Positions 42,675 to 53,516 of a DNA stretch of 64,000 bases are shown piece by piece; the first letter of the stretch is position 1, and the number at the start of each line of letters is the position of its first letter. The DNA comes from Luteibacter sp. (GTDB lineage Bacteria > Pseudomonadota > Gammaproteobacteria > Xanthomonadales > Rhodanobacteraceae). The stretch spans positions 5,800-69,799 of the forward strand of contig NZ_JBQCFT010000249.1 of the NCBI RefSeq assembly GCF_051958795.1, read 5' to 3'. The notes below the pieces were generated by a model. It had not been told where the DNA came from. It was given only the letters and a program-made list of their open reading frames with translations, and did no database searches. The position numbers and the translations under genes are program-made.

Positions 42675-42881
42675 TCAGGCGTCCAGGTCGGGGATGAGGC
42701 TGCTCTCGATCCGGGCGATCGCGTCTTTTAGCAGCAGTTTGCGCTTCTTGAGGCGGGTGAGCTGGAGCTCGTCCCGGCTGATGGCCTGGGCAAGGTGCTC
42801 GATGGCGGCGTCGAGGTCCCGGTGCTCCACCTTGAGCTCCGCGAGACGCTGGGATAGCTGGGTCGGATCCTGAACCTGCAT
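42675..42881 (-). CDS. YdcH/DUF465 family coiled-coil protein
   Basis: EHRDLDAAI and [11 protein letters not shown] motifs. Confidence 0.88.
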   Translation of the reverse strand: MQVQDPTQLSQRLAELKVEHRDLDAAIEHLAQAISRDELQLTRLKKRKLLLKDAIARIESSLIPDLDA

Positions 42882-42985
42882 GGCGGCGGCCGGCGGCTTT
42901 GGGGGAAGCGGGAAGTTTACCCCCCGGCGTGCCGCGCCGCAGCAGCTACAATAGGAGGCTCGTCCCCTCCGAAGCACCCAGCGAC

Positions 42986-43858
42986 ATGTCCGCGAACCCC
43001 GACGCCACCCGTAAGCAGAGCTACGAAGCCGGCAAGCTGGCCAAGCGCCTGCGCCGCCAGGTCGGCCAGGCGATCGCCGACTACGCGATGATCGAGGATG
43101 GCGACAAGGTCATGGTGTGCCTGTCCGGTGGCAAGGACTCCTACACGATGCTAGATATCCTGCTCTCGCTGCAGGCCAAGGCACCGGTGCGGTTCGAGAT
43201 CATCGCGGTGAACCTCGACCAGAAGCAGCCCGATTTCCCGGAGCACATCCTCCCGGAATACCTCAGCGAGCGCGGCATCCCGTTCCACATCATCGAGCAG
43301 GACACCTACAGCGTCGTCACCCGCGTGATTCCGCAGGGCAAGACGATGTGCAGCCTGTGCTCGCGCATGCGCCGCGGCGCGCTCTACCAGTGGGCCGCCG
43401 ACAACGGAGTCACCAAGATCGCGCTCGGCCACCACCGCGACGACATCCTCGGCACCTTCTTCCTGAACATGTTCTACCAGGGCAGCCTGAAGGCGATGCC
43501 GCCCAAGCTGCAGTCCGACGATGGAAAGCACGTGGTCATCCGCCCGCTCGCGTATTGCCGCGAGGACGATATCGCCGAGTACGCGGAGGCCAGGGCCTTC
43601 CCGATCATCCCCTGCAACCTTTGCGGGTCGCAGGAGAACATGCAGCGCAAGGTCGTGAAGCGCATGCTCGCGGATTGGGAAAAGAGCCATCCGGGCCGCA
43701 GTGAAACGATGTTCCGCGCGCTGGGCAACATCGCCCCTTCGCAACTGATGGATCGCAACCTGTTCGACTTCGCGGGCCTGGGCGCCCGCGAAGGCGCGGT
43801 GCGCGCCGATACCCATGCCTGGCTTGGCGGCAGTGACGCCGCCGGCGACAACGACTGA
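42986..43858 (+). CDS. ttcA: tRNA 2-thiocytidine(32) synthetase
   Basis: SGGKDS PP-loop, CSLC, GHHRDD and [10 protein letters not shown] motifs. Confidence 0.96.
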   Translation: MSANPDATRKQSYEAGKLAKRLRRQVGQAIADYAMIEDGDKVMVCLSGGKDSYTMLDILLSLQAKAPVRFEIIAVNLDQKQPDFPEHILPEYLSERGIPFHIIEQDTYSVVTRVIPQGKTMCSLCSRMRRGALYQWAADNGVTKIALGHHRDDILGTFFLNMFYQGSLKAMPPKLQSDDGKHVVIRPLAYCREDDIAEYAEARAFPIIPCNLCGSQENMQRKVVKRMLADWEKSHPGRSETMFRALGNIAPSQLMDRNLFDFAGLGAREGAVRADTHAWLGGSDAAGDND

Positions 43859-43891
43859 CAACCCCTTCCACCGCTTCAAGGCCTTCCGATC

Positions 43892-45079
43892 ATGACCCTG
43901 TTCTCCGCTGTCGAACTCGCGCCGCGCGATCCGATCCTCGGCCTCAACGAAGCCTTTGGCGCCGATACGCGCGCCGACAAGGTGAACCTTGGCGTGGGCG
44001 TCTACTACGATGCCAATGGCCACGTTCCGCTGCTGCGCGCCGTGCGCGAAGCGGAAAAGGCGCGGGTGGAAGCCCAGCTGCCGCGCGGCTACCTACCGAT
44101 CGACGGCATCGCGCTCTACGACAGCGCGGTGCAGAAGCTGCTGTTCGGCGCCTCGTCGCCGCTGCTGGCCGATCGCCGCGTGGTCACCGCGCAGGCGCTC
44201 GGCGGCACCGGCGCGCTCAAGGTCGGCGCCGATTTCCTCAAGCGCCTGAACCCCGATGTCCCGGTCGCCATCAGCAACCCGAGCTGGGAGAACCACCGGG
44301 CACTGTTCGAGAACGCCGGCTTCAAGGTCGTCGATTACCCTTACTACGACGCGGCCACCCACGGCGTGGATGTCGACGGCATGCTCGCTGGCCTGGCGAA
44401 GCTGCCGAAGGGCGCCGTCGTTGTGCTGCACGCCTGCTGCCACAACCCGACCGGTGTTGACCTGACCGAAGGCGACTGGAAGCGGGTGATCGATACCGTG
44501 CGCACGCAGGGTCTCGTGCCGTTCCTCGACATCGCCTACCAGGGCTTCGGCGATGGCATCGAAGCCGACGCCGTGGCGGTACGCCTGTTCGCCCAGGCCG
44601 AGGTGCCGTTCTTCGTCGCCAGCTCGTTCTCGAAGTCGTTCTCGCTGTATGGCGAACGCGTCGGCGCGCTGTCGATCGTCACTGGTTCGCACGACGAAGC
44701 GGTGCGCGTGCAGTCGCAGCTGAAGCGGATCATTCGCACGAACTATTCGAACCCGCCGACCCACGGTGCCGCCATCGTCTCCGCCGTGCTCAACCACGAT
44801 GACCTGCGCGCGACGTGGGAAACGGAACTGGGCGAGATGCGCGAACGGATCCGTGCAATGCGTCGCGGCCTCGTCGAGCGCCTCGCGAAGGCCGGCGATT
44901 TCAGCTTCATTCAACAGCAGCGCGGCATGTTCTCGTACTCCGGCCTCAGCAGCGCACAGGTCGATCGCCTGCGCGAAGAGTTCGGCATCTACGCCGTGGG
45001 CACGGGCCGCATCTGCGTCGCCGCGCTGAACGACAGGAATATCGACCGCGTCGCCGAGGCGATCGCGAAGGTGGTCTGA
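43892..45079 (+). CDS. tyrB: Aromatic/aspartate aminotransferase (class I, TyrB/AspC-like)
   Basis: VNLGVGVY, HACCHNPTG, DIAYQGF and SFSKSFSLYGERVG PLP-lysine motif; tyrB versus aspC not resolved. Confidence 0.88.
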   Translation: MTLFSAVELAPRDPILGLNEAFGADTRADKVNLGVGVYYDANGHVPLLRAVREAEKARVEAQLPRGYLPIDGIALYDSAVQKLLFGASSPLLADRRVVTAQALGGTGALKVGADFLKRLNPDVPVAISNPSWENHRALFENAGFKVVDYPYYDAATHGVDVDGMLAGLAKLPKGAVVVLHACCHNPTGVDLTEGDWKRVIDTVRTQGLVPFLDIAYQGFGDGIEADAVAVRLFAQAEVPFFVASSFSKSFSLYGERVGALSIVTGSHDEAVRVQSQLKRIIRTNYSNPPTHGAAIVSAVLNHDDLRATWETELGEMRERIRAMRRGLVERLAKAGDFSFIQQQRGMFSYSGLSSAQVDRLREEFGIYAVGTGRICVAALNDRNIDRVAEAIAKVV

Positions 45080-45155
45080 GCCACCGCCACACTCATTCGC
45101 CGGCGGGCGCACTGCGCCCGCCACGGCCAACCCTTTGCATGAGAATCACCGATAC

Positions 45156-46064
45156 ATGTTCTTTCGCAACCTGACGCTGTTCCGTTTTTCTGAATCCGTT
45201 GCCGCCGACCTCGATCGCCTGGACGAAGCCCTGCCGGAACACCGCCTGCGTCCGGTGGGCCCCATGGAGCTTTCCGCGCGGGGTTTCGTCTCGCCGCTGG
45301 GCCGCAACGAAGAAGGCCTGACCCATAACGTGGCCCGCAACACCATGGTCACCGTGGGCAGCGAAGATAAGCTCCTGCCGTCCTCCGTCATCAACGATGA
45401 GGTGGCCAACCGTGTGCAGAAGATCGCCGAGGAAGAAGGCCGCAAGGTCGGCGGGCGTGAACGCAAGAAGATCAAGGATGACGTGCTGAACGAGCTCGTG
45501 CCGCGCGCCTTCGTGCGCAGCTCGCGCATGAAGGCCTACGCCGACAAGAAGAACGGCTGGTTCGTCCTGGATACCTCCAGTCGCAAGTCCGCCGAGAACA
45601 CCTTGAGCCAGGTCCGCGAGGCCCTGGGCAGCTTCCCCGCCGTGCCCCTGGCACCGGAGGAGTCGCCGCGGATCCTCATGACCCACTGGGTGGCGACGGG
45701 CGAGCTGCCGGGTGGCCTGGCGCTGGGCGACGAGTGCGAGCTGCGCGATCCGGCCACGGCCTCGGGCGCGATTGCCCGTTGCCGCAGGCAGGATCTCGAC
45801 ACCGATGAGATTCGGGAGCACCTGCGCACGGGAAAACAGGTGTTCCAGCTTGGTTTGGTCTTCGATGACCGCATCTCTTTCGTGCTTGGCGAGGACCTCA
45901 TCCTGCGTAAAATCAAGTTCACGGACGTGGTGCTGGACGAACAGGCCGACAGCCACGAGAACGCCGCCGCGGAAATGGACGCCACCTTCGCCCTGATGGC
46001 GCTCGAATACGAGCGTCTCCTGGGGAAGATGGAAGAGTGGTTCAAGCTGCCGCGCCCGGAGTGA
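45156..46064 (+). CDS. rdgC: Recombination-associated protein RdgC
   Basis: MFFRNLTLFR, GFVSP, EDKLLP, LLPRAF-like VPRAF and EIREHL..GKQV motifs. Confidence 0.93.
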   Translation: MFFRNLTLFRFSESVAADLDRLDEALPEHRLRPVGPMELSARGFVSPLGRNEEGLTHNVARNTMVTVGSEDKLLPSSVINDEVANRVQKIAEEEGRKVGGRERKKIKDDVLNELVPRAFVRSSRMKAYADKKNGWFVLDTSSRKSAENTLSQVREALGSFPAVPLAPEESPRILMTHWVATGELPGGLALGDECELRDPATASGAIARCRRQDLDTDEIREHLRTGKQVFQLGLVFDDRISFVLGEDLILRKIKFTDVVLDEQADSHENAAAEMDATFALMALEYERLLGKMEEWFKLPRPE

Positions 46065-46136
46065 TCCGCCGGGCCGGTCGCAGTGGCTGATACACCGGGA
46101 TGGGATGTTTGTCGGGATCGGTTCGGGACTGGCAAC

Positions 46137-46904
46137 ATGGCATCAGAACAAGGCGAGTGGCTGGAACTTTCCACCCCGACCGGGGGCACGATCCGCGTGC
46201 TGAAGTCGGCGCACCCGCGTGCGCGCCGGCTCCGCCTGACGGTGACGCCCAAGGGCGCGCGCCTCACCTATCCCAACGGCACGCACGTGGCGCAGATGAC
46301 CGCGTTCCTGCGCCACCACGCCGACTGGCTGGAACAGAAGCTCGGCGAGTTCCACATGGATGCCGAGCCTTTGCCGGCGTTGCGCGTGGGCGTGCCGACC
46401 ACGTTCCCGTTCCGTGGCGAGGAAGTCCGGCTCGACTGGGCCGAGGGTCCGTACCCGCGCGTGCAGCACGACGAGAGCGGCATCACCCTGGTGATCCCGG
46501 GCCCGCACCATCGTGAACTGCTGGTCGCGCGCGGGCTGCTCGCTACGTTCTTCGAAGCGCAAATTCGCCGCGATGTGTCACGCTGGCTGCCGGGTTATAT
46601 CCCGCAGATCAACGCGGCACCCACGGCATTGCGTATCCGCCCGCTGAAGAGCCTGTGGGGCAGCCTGGATACGCGCGACCGCATCAATCTCGATCTTGCG
46701 CTCGCGCTGGCGCCGCCTGCGGCGTTGCGCTACGTGCTGGTGCACGAACTCTGCCACCTCAAGGTGCGCAACCATTCGCCGCGCTTCTGGAGCTGGGTGG
46801 AGAGCATCCTGCCTGAGCACCGGGAGCAGCGCACGTGGTTGCGTGCGCATGGCAGTGCGCTGAAGGCGCAGCTGGATCGTTTGATTGCGGATGTTGCGGA
46901 CTGA
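46137..46904 (+). CDS. YgjP/M48-like (DUF45) zinc metallopeptidase-family protein
   Basis: LWGS, YVLVHELCHL and NHSPRFW motifs. Confidence 0.87.
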   Translation: MASEQGEWLELSTPTGGTIRVLKSAHPRARRLRLTVTPKGARLTYPNGTHVAQMTAFLRHHADWLEQKLGEFHMDAEPLPALRVGVPTTFPFRGEEVRLDWAEGPYPRVQHDESGITLVIPGPHHRELLVARGLLATFFEAQIRRDVSRWLPGYIPQINAAPTALRIRPLKSLWGSLDTRDRINLDLALALAPPAALRYVLVHELCHLKVRNHSPRFWSWVESILPEHREQRTWLRAHGSALKAQLDRLIADVAD

Positions 46905-46918
46905 GGCGTAATGATCGC

Positions 46919-47013
46919 GTAGGAGCCCACCCTGTGGGCGACATCGTTCGCGATGACGCCACAGGACCTGTAGCTCTTCCGCGAACGGCGTCGCCCACAG
47001 GGTGGGCTCCTAC
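46919..47013. repeat. REP doublet/REPIN (GTAGGAGC family)
   Basis: Same arms as 41984-42079; lies between convergent genes. Confidence 0.85.
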
Positions 47014-47022
47014 GCGATGCGT

Positions 47023-48024
47023 TCAATGCGCCAGCGCGAATCCGGTGATGATCCGTGCGGTCTCGTCGGGCTTCTCCAGCATCGGCATGTGGTTGCAACC
47101 GTTGAGCACGGTCGCGCCGATGGACGGCGTGTTCTTCAGGCCATTGCGCAGGGTGTCCAGCGCCGACACGTCGATGATCTTGTCGTCGTGGCACCAGACG
47201 CCAAGCACGGGCATCGTCAGCTTGCCGAGGAGCGGGTCCAGTACGTAGGCCTGCTCGGGCTTCTTCAGCTCCGCGAACGTGCTCTCGATGAACGCACGAT
47301 CCTTCACGTTGCGGCGGACCAGCGCGTCCTCGATGCGACCCGGCAGGTGCGGCGGCACGGTGAAGATGCGTGCAAGCAGTGCCTCGAGGCCTTCGCGGTC
47401 GTTGAACAGGAACGGATCCTTGCCGGCCTTCACATCGCGGACAAAGTCGTTTTCCTTGAACGTCAGCCCGGCTGAACTCATCAGCGTGAGCGCCGCCACC
47501 CGGTCCGGGTGGTCGGCTGCGTAGACACCTGCAATGGCGCCGCCCATCGACTGACCGACGAGCAGGAAGCGCGGAAGGCCCGTGGCGGCGGCGAACGCAT
47601 CGAGCCGCGCGGCCTGCGCCGGCACGCCGTAGTCGCCGCCCGTCGTGCGCGACGACTCACCCCAGCCCGGCAGGTCAGGGATCACGACATGGAAGTGATC
47701 GGTGAGGCCGCCGGCCATCTTCAGCCAGGTTTCCTTGTTGGCGGCGAAGCCGTGCAGCAGCACGATCGTCGGGCCCTGGCCACCTTCGTAGTACGACCAC
47801 GTGGTATCGCCGGCGACCACGCTCTTCTTCTCAACGTGGGCCTGCATCGCCATGCGTGCCGCGTCTGCCTTGACCAGCAGTTGCGGCGCGAACAGGTAGA
47901 CCAGGCCGGCGCCGGCGCCCAGCACCAGCGCTACGACCACCAGGAATTTCAGCCGGCGCAGCAGCAGGCGCTGCCAGAGCGGGCGGGTGGATGCGGTATC
48001 GAGGGGAGCAGAAGTCCTTGCCAT
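47023..48024 (-). CDS. Membrane-anchored alpha/beta hydrolase (lipase/esterase)
   Basis: N-terminal TM helix, LLHGF, GQSMGG and NHMPMLE motifs. Confidence 0.9.
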   Translation of the reverse strand: MARTSAPLDTASTRPLWQRLLLRRLKFLVVVALVLGAGAGLVYLFAPQLLVKADAARMAMQAHVEKKSVVAGDTTWSYYEGGQGPTIVLLHGFAANKETWLKMAGGLTDHFHVVIPDLPGWGESSRTTGGDYGVPAQAARLDAFAAATGLPRFLLVGQSMGGAIAGVYAADHPDRVAALTLMSSAGLTFKENDFVRDVKAGKDPFLFNDREGLEALLARIFTVPPHLPGRIEDALVRRNVKDRAFIESTFAELKKPEQAYVLDPLLGKLTMPVLGVWCHDDKIIDVSALDTLRNGLKNTPSIGATVLNGCNHMPMLEKPDETARIITGFALAH

Positions 48025-48025
48025 C

Positions 48026-49873
48026 TCACTTCTTCTTCGACTTGCCGGCGAGGATGTTCTCCACCGCCTGCTGGGTCATCGGGTGGTAGCCAGCCTTTGC
48101 TTTCGCATAGGTGGCCTTCGCGAAAGCCAGGCCTTCCGGCGTGCGCGCGAACGCGCGATACACCGGCGTGGTGAGGTACAGGCGGCCGATGCGGGTCATG
48201 TGTTCCGCCGCGGCGGTCCACACGTCCTTATCGCCTGCGGCAATGGCGTGGACGTACCAGCGCATGCCGATCTCCGCGTTGGGCGTGCCGGTGAGGTGCC
48301 ACGCCGCGTCGAGCGCCTTCATCTTGTCGAGCGGAGCCACGTCCGGCATGCGATCCAGGAAGTACATCCATTCCTGGGTGTTCCAGGTCTTCGCATCCAG
48401 CTTCGCCGCATCGAGCTTGCCGGCGAGGAAATCCGTGCGTTCCTTGTCGATGCTGTCGAAGCGCGCCGACGTGGGCAGCGGCGCATCCTTCGGGATACCC
48501 GGCTGCCAGATCCACGCGCGCGCCTCGGCCTCGCTCATCTTGCCCGGGTACTTATCGAGCAGGTTGGCTTTCATGTAGGCGAACATCGTGTCGGTATCGA
48601 TGCTCTGGAACGCGAAGTGGGCGAAGTAGCCCTTGAGGTACGCGTCAAAGTTCTCGCGGCCGAAACGCTGCTCCAGCGTGCGCAGGAACCACGAGCCTTT
48701 GTCGTAGGCGACCGACGAAAGCGAATCGTCCGCGCCGACGCCACGCGGATCCGGCGTGAGCTTCTGCGTGTTCGGTTCCATCGAGCCGATGGTCTTCTCG
48801 AGTTCACGTGCGGAAAGCAGCGCTTCCTCGTCCGCCTGCGACTTGCCGTACACGGCCTCGGTGATGCGGCCCTGCACGTAGGTGGTGAAACCTTCGTTGA
48901 GCCAGATGTCGCGCCATGCGGCGCTGGTCACCAGGTTGCCCGACCACGAATGGGCCAGCTCATGCGAGACCAGCGAGACCAGGCTCTTGTCGCCAACGAG
49001 CACGGTTGGCGTGGCGAAGGTCATGTTGGGGTTTTCCATGCCGCCGAACGGGAACGACGGCGGAAGCACCAGGATGTCGTAACGACCCCAGGCATACGGG
49101 CCATACAGCTTCTCGGTGGTTTCGATCAGCTTCTCCGTGTCCTCGAACTCGTGCGCGGCCTTGGCGACCACGCTGGGCTCGGCGTACACGGCGCTGCGCG
49201 GGCCGGTCTCCTTCACCGCGATGTCGCCGGCGGCGATCGCCAGCAGGTACGAGGGGATGGGATGCGGCTGGTCGAACTTGAAATCGCCATCGAGCGGATG
49301 CTTCGCATCGTTGATGGCGCTCATCACCACTCGCACGTCCTTCGGCGCGCTCACGTGCGCGTCGTAGGTGAAGCGCACGGCGGGCGAATCCTGCAGCGGC
49401 ACCCACGAACGCGCGTGGATGGATTCCGACTGCGAGAACATGAAGGGCTGCTTCTTGTCCGCGGTCTGCTCAGGCGGGAGCCACTGCAGGCCCGAGGCCT
49501 CGGGCACGGTCGTGTAGGCGATGCGCACCTGTGCCGGATGCGCCGGCGCCTGGATCGTCAACTTCGCGCCCAGTTCCTTGTCGCGCGGTGCCAGCGCGAA
49601 CTTGAGCGGCGTCGCCTTGCCGCTGGCATCCACGGCATTGACGCTGGCGATCTTCAGGTCGCGCGTGTCGAGGACCAGGTCGCCCTTGCCGGCCTTCCAG
49701 TCGAGCTTCAGCGTCGCATCGCCGGCCAGTTCGCGTTTGGCGAAATCCACCTTGAGGTCGAGATCGAGGTGGGTGACCTTGACCACGTCCGGCTGGGCGT
49801 AGGAATGGGGATCGGCGGCGAAGGCCACTACCGGGAAGGCCACCGTGAGGGCCGCGAAGGGAAGCAGGCGCAT
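48026..49873 (-). CDS. M1-family aminopeptidase (leukotriene A4 hydrolase-like), exported
   Basis: Signal peptide, GGMEN, HELAHSW...WLNEG (HEXXH-X18-E) motifs. Confidence 0.95.
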   Translation of the reverse strand: MRLLPFAALTVAFPVVAFAADPHSYAQPDVVKVTHLDLDLKVDFAKRELAGDATLKLDWKAGKGDLVLDTRDLKIASVNAVDASGKATPLKFALAPRDKELGAKLTIQAPAHPAQVRIAYTTVPEASGLQWLPPEQTADKKQPFMFSQSESIHARSWVPLQDSPAVRFTYDAHVSAPKDVRVVMSAINDAKHPLDGDFKFDQPHPIPSYLLAIAAGDIAVKETGPRSAVYAEPSVVAKAAHEFEDTEKLIETTEKLYGPYAWGRYDILVLPPSFPFGGMENPNMTFATPTVLVGDKSLVSLVSHELAHSWSGNLVTSAAWRDIWLNEGFTTYVQGRITEAVYGKSQADEEALLSARELEKTIGSMEPNTQKLTPDPRGVGADDSLSSVAYDKGSWFLRTLEQRFGRENFDAYLKGYFAHFAFQSIDTDTMFAYMKANLLDKYPGKMSEAEARAWIWQPGIPKDAPLPTSARFDSIDKERTDFLAGKLDAAKLDAKTWNTQEWMYFLDRMPDVAPLDKMKALDAAWHLTGTPNAEIGMRWYVHAIAAGDKDVWTAAAEHMTRIGRLYLTTPVYRAFARTPEGLAFAKATYAKAKAGYHPMTQQAVENILAGKSKKK

Positions 49874-52800
49874 GGAACGTTTCCGTGGGAGGGAAGCCCC
49901 CAGTATGCCACTGGCACGCGGGGGGCTGGGACGAACGCCCGCGGAGGGCTAGGGGAGGCTGAAGGCACTGGACGCCCGGGTGAACGCCTCGGGCAGGTCA
50001 GGTCGCGGCGGCGGGTTCGCAAGGTGTAGGCGTACTCGCCGGAGGCCAGCAGGCGTCGCTCCATGCGATGTTCCCCACGCCAGTAAGCCTGGCGCATGTA
50101 GTTGCGATCGACCTCGATCCAGTGCCCGGTGGGGTCGCCGCGGCCGCGCTCGAGCGCGGTGATGCCCAGCGCCTCGTCCAGCCGGGCACGGGGTGTGCCG
50201 GGGGGCAGGGTGGTCACCCTGAATTCGCCGGGGTCGTAGAAGTGGCGCGAATGGCCCTGGATGAGCCATTCGATGCCGCCGCTCACACCGAACGCGCGGC
50301 CGGGCGCCTCCGGCGTGTAGATCCAGAAGCTCTCCGGCCAGTCGTGCGGCGCGACGATAGTGGTCGTGCCCACACCGCCGACGGCCTCATCCGCCGCAGC
50401 GACGGCCAGCCTTGCGGCAGCGACCGCCTCGTCCCAAAGCGAAGCCTGGCGTGGCGTCAGGTCGCCCGCTGGCGGCGGCGTCGAGGGATCCGAACTCGAC
50501 CCGATCGACGGATCCTGCCCGTCCTCGCCGCGCCAGCGCCGCTGGCCCGGTGAGCCCACGCGCCGCCCGCCATCGGCCCACCCACGGCGGGCCAGGAGCA
50601 GGCTGCGCTCGCGCGCGTCCGGCACCCGTGTTTCAAGCTCATGCAGGAATTGCCGGCGCTGGCCGGCATCCAGGGTGGCGAGGTCCGAAGCGATGCCGTC
50701 ATCGAACACCATGGCGCTGCGCGAAGGGACATCGACACGCAGGTGCATCGACTCGTTGCTCCCCAACCGGTACCGGAAGGTCGCCGACGGGTTGTCACGG
50801 ATGATCGCCTCGACCTCATCACGGATGGGCTCGAGCGCTGGCGGCAGCGACGGCCGCGGGGCAGCCACGGGCTCGGCAGCGGCCGGCACGGCCGGTTCCG
50901 CTGGCGCGGCCGCATGGTCGGCTTCGCGGCCGCCAAGGTTTAGCGCGCGGCGCAGGCGCTCACGCAGGCCCCGCCCGGCGCCACCCGGCAGGCCCACTCC
51001 GCGCGCATACGTCCATTCGCCTCCGATGCGCTGCACGGCCGGACCGGTAAAGGTGGCATCGAGCGAACCCTGCGGCCGTTCGAGACGCCACACATGGTTG
51101 TAGTCGTCGAAACGTACGGGATACAGGCGCCCGTCCTGGCTCACGTGGCGCCGCCCCTGGACGATGTGGAAGCCCTCGCTATCGGGGAGTTCGTTGGCAG
51201 CCACGCTCCGTGCCGCGTACCGGGATTCGAAGCGAGGGCCGCGGAGGTCCAGCCGCGCTTGCGCGGGTTGCGGTGCCGCGCCGCGCGCATGGCGGAGCAA
51301 TGGCGCGCGCCCGCTGCCCGCCGCCCAGAGCGGCCCGGCGAGATCGAGCCCGGTCACCCACGCATCGGTAAACGCAAGGTAGGCATCGGTCGCATCGCCG
51401 GATTTGACGCCATCGTAGAAGCGATCCAGCGCACTGCGCAGGCGTGCGGGTGCGGACAACGTCGACAGTGCAAGATCCGTCGCGAGCCCGGTGACCGGAT
51501 GCGTCCCGATCGGGCTGAAGGTCCAGTGCTCCTTCGCCCCGGATTCGACGTGGTGCGTATCGTGGATACGTTGATCCACCATCGCATCGTAGCCGGCATC
51601 GATGAAATCGCCGCTCACCTCGCGCTCGTCGAACGGTTCTTCCGTAAGGGTGTACGCCGCGTCGGCCGGGCTTCCAAGAACCCAGTGGGCCAGGCGATCG
51701 CCCTTGAAACGCCGCGTAACGCCGTTGGGATCCTGCGTGGCAAATGCCGCGGGGAGCCGGTCGAGCAGGTACTCGCGAAATGCAGGCGCGTACAGGAATG
51801 CGCGGGCCATCGCTTGCCGGTCAGCGAATTCGCGGAAGGCCGCGCCATCCGGCGCATCCGGCGTATACACGACGACGCGGGGCACGCTGCGCGCATCACG
51901 CGCGCCGATGACGACGACATCGCGCAGGGGGATGTCCTTGTAGGTGAGCTGGCGAGCGACGACCTCGTGGCCATCGATCAGCTTGCGGCCCGCCGGGGCA
52001 CGGTGGTCGAGCATCGCCTCGACCCAGCGGAAGCCGCGTTCGGCGTGGTCCTCCAGGAAAGAACGCGGTTCGTCGGCCAGGTAATACGACAGCCTCGCCT
52101 GCGCGGCATCGGCACGCATGCGCGCCGCCGTCAGCTCGATAGCGGTGAGTTTTGCGAGCCGCCCGGCGGGCCCCGTGCGCAGCTGCGATTCGAGGTGCTC
52201 GCGGTAGCGCGGTGCCACCCGCGCGTCGCGAACCACTGCGACGAGATCGGCCTGGGCAAGATGCGCGGCCATGGCGCTGCCATCGTGGCGCACCGTGCTC
52301 AACTGCACGGCATCCATGATGGTGAGGCCCCGCCATGCGAGTGCATGCAGCGTCTGCCGGATCGTGTTGGGGCCGACAAGCAACTGCTTCAGGTGTTCGT
52401 ACGAGCCTTTGGCGGGATCGTGGGTGACGTCGACCGACAGCATGGCCGATGCATCGCCGATCCCGAGCGCCGCCAGCCGCCCATCGAGCTCGTTCGATGT
52501 GAAGTCAACCATGCCCATCGGCGGCTCGACACCCCACGCGGTTCGCAGCACGGCCGTGTCGGCGGCGAGGCGTGCATACGACACCGTGGCCGCTCGCCAG
52601 TCGCGGGCGACCGGGGGCGGTACTCGCGCCAGTCGTTCGTCGGTGGCCTGGGCGAGCAGGCGCGCCTCGCGGGCACGCAGCAGCGCAGGCACATCCAGGA
52701 CACTCGCCAGGCGCGCATGGCCGAGCAGCCTGTCGTTGAACGTTGCCTGGGCACCGGGGAGGTCGCGGTCGAGCTGGTAGTCGTCCCAGACCTGGCGGAT

Positions 52801-53460
52801 CCGTGCGAGGTGGGTATCGAAAAGGTGCGTTGTCCACGCCCCTGCGGCATCGGCGCTGGCCGCGCGCAAGGATACTTCCGCACCATCGAAAGCGTCGGCG
52901 CAGGCGTCGACGTGCATCCCTGCGACCGAACCGGACTGGATACACCCGGACACGTAATGACGGACGGCATCCGTAGTCTCGTCGACAGAGGCCAGCGCTT
53001 CCCAGCCCTGGCCCGGCAAGAAGAGCAAGTGAAGGCCCGGCGTGTCGTCGGCCGTCGCGGCCACGGCGCCCGCGACCACATGTGGCCCTGCCCACACTTC
53101 CTGCAGGGACAAGCCCACGCCGACGTTGCCCGCCAGCCTATCGGCGACGCGCCCCGCGAGACGCGTGGCGTTCGGCGAGAGCGTGCCGTCCTCGCTGCGC
53201 AGAGCGGCTTCGCCGCGAAGGATCTCAGCAACCACCGGTGCCAACTGCGCCTGCGCCATGGAACGCCACGCCGCATGGTCGGAAAGAAAGGTATCGAACG
53301 TCGCGGGCGCAGGATCGGGAAGCCTGGGCGCGCTTTCGTCCAGGCGCGCGAGCGCGGCGTGCGCGGCGCTGAGCCTTAGCAATTCGGCCGAGGCCGCGGC
53401 GGCTTCCCGGGTCATGCCGTGCACGGCCGCGGGAGCGGGTGAAGGAGGGAGCATATCCAT
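49828..53460 (-). CDS. Large DUF6543/dermonecrotic-toxin-like effector paralogue 1; probable frameshift near the 3' end (native stop likely at 49949)
   Basis: YTPDAPDG.(F)REF, YLLDRLP and WRL.R...GPA...GLPGG shared with the two paralogues; family assignment from memory of such motifs. Confidence 0.7.
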   Translation of the reverse strand: MDMLPPSPAPAAVHGMTREAAAASAELLRLSAAHAALARLDESAPRLPDPAPATFDTFLSDHAAWRSMAQAQLAPVVAEILRGEAALRSEDGTLSPNATRLAGRVADRLAGNVGVGLSLQEVWAGPHVVAGAVAATADDTPGLHLLFLPGQGWEALASVDETTDAVRHYVSGCIQSGSVAGMHVDACADAFDGAEVSLRAASADAAGAWTTHLFDTHLARIRQVWDDYQLDRDLPGAQATFNDRLLGHARLASVLDVPALLRAREARLLAQATDERLARVPPPVARDWRAATVSYARLAADTAVLRTAWGVEPPMGMVDFTSNELDGRLAALGIGDASAMLSVDVTHDPAKGSYEHLKQLLVGPNTIRQTLHALAWRGLTIMDAVQLSTVRHDGSAMAAHLAQADLVAVVRDARVAPRYREHLESQLRTGPAGRLAKLTAIELTAARMRADAAQARLSYYLADEPRSFLEDHAERGFRWVEAMLDHRAPAGRKLIDGHEVVARQLTYKDIPLRDVVVIGARDARSVPRVVVYTPDAPDGAAFREFADRQAMARAFLYAPAFREYLLDRLPAAFATQDPNGVTRRFKGDRLAHWVLGSPADAAYTLTEEPFDEREVSGDFIDAGYDAMVDQRIHDTHHVESGAKEHWTFSPIGTHPVTGLATDLALSTLSAPARLRSALDRFYDGVKSGDATDAYLAFTDAWVTGLDLAGPLWAAGSGRAPLLRHARGAAPQPAQARLDLRGPRFESRYAARSVAANELPDSEGFHIVQGRRHVSQDGRLYPVRFDDYNHVWRLERPQGSLDATFTGPAVQRIGGEWTYARGVGLPGGAGRGLRERLRRALNLGGREADHAAAPAEPAVPAAAEPVAAPRPSLPPALEPIRDEVEAIIRDNPSATFRYRLGSNESMHLRVDVPSRSAMVFDDGIASDLATLDAGQRRQFLHELETRVPDARERSLLLARRGWADGGRRVGSPGQRRWRGEDGQDPSIGSSSDPSTPPPAGDLTPRQASLWDEAVAAARLAVAAADEAVGGVGTTTIVAPHDWPESFWIYTPEAPGRAFGVSGGIEWLIQGHSRHFYDPGEFRVTTLPPGTPRARLDEALGITALERGRGDPTGHWIEVDRNYMRQAYWRGEHRMERRLLASGEYAYTLRTRRRDLTCPRRSPGRPVPSASPSPPRAFVPAPRVPVAYWGLPSHGNVPCACFPSRPSRWPSR

Positions 53461-53516
53461 ATGCGAACCTTGTGATGGGAGTTGGAAGATGTAGTGCGAT
53501 GGGGGCTTGTGGCCCG

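Noticed and set aside
41984-47013. Repeats as a CRISPR array or as IS/transposon ends
   Set aside because: Isolated palindromic doublets kilobases apart, with no regular spacers, cas genes or transposase; they fit REP elements
49828-49948. The last ~55 aa of paralogue 1 as a genuine domain
   Set aside because: Low-complexity read-through overlapping the aminopeptidase start; the alternative frame matches paralogue 3 better
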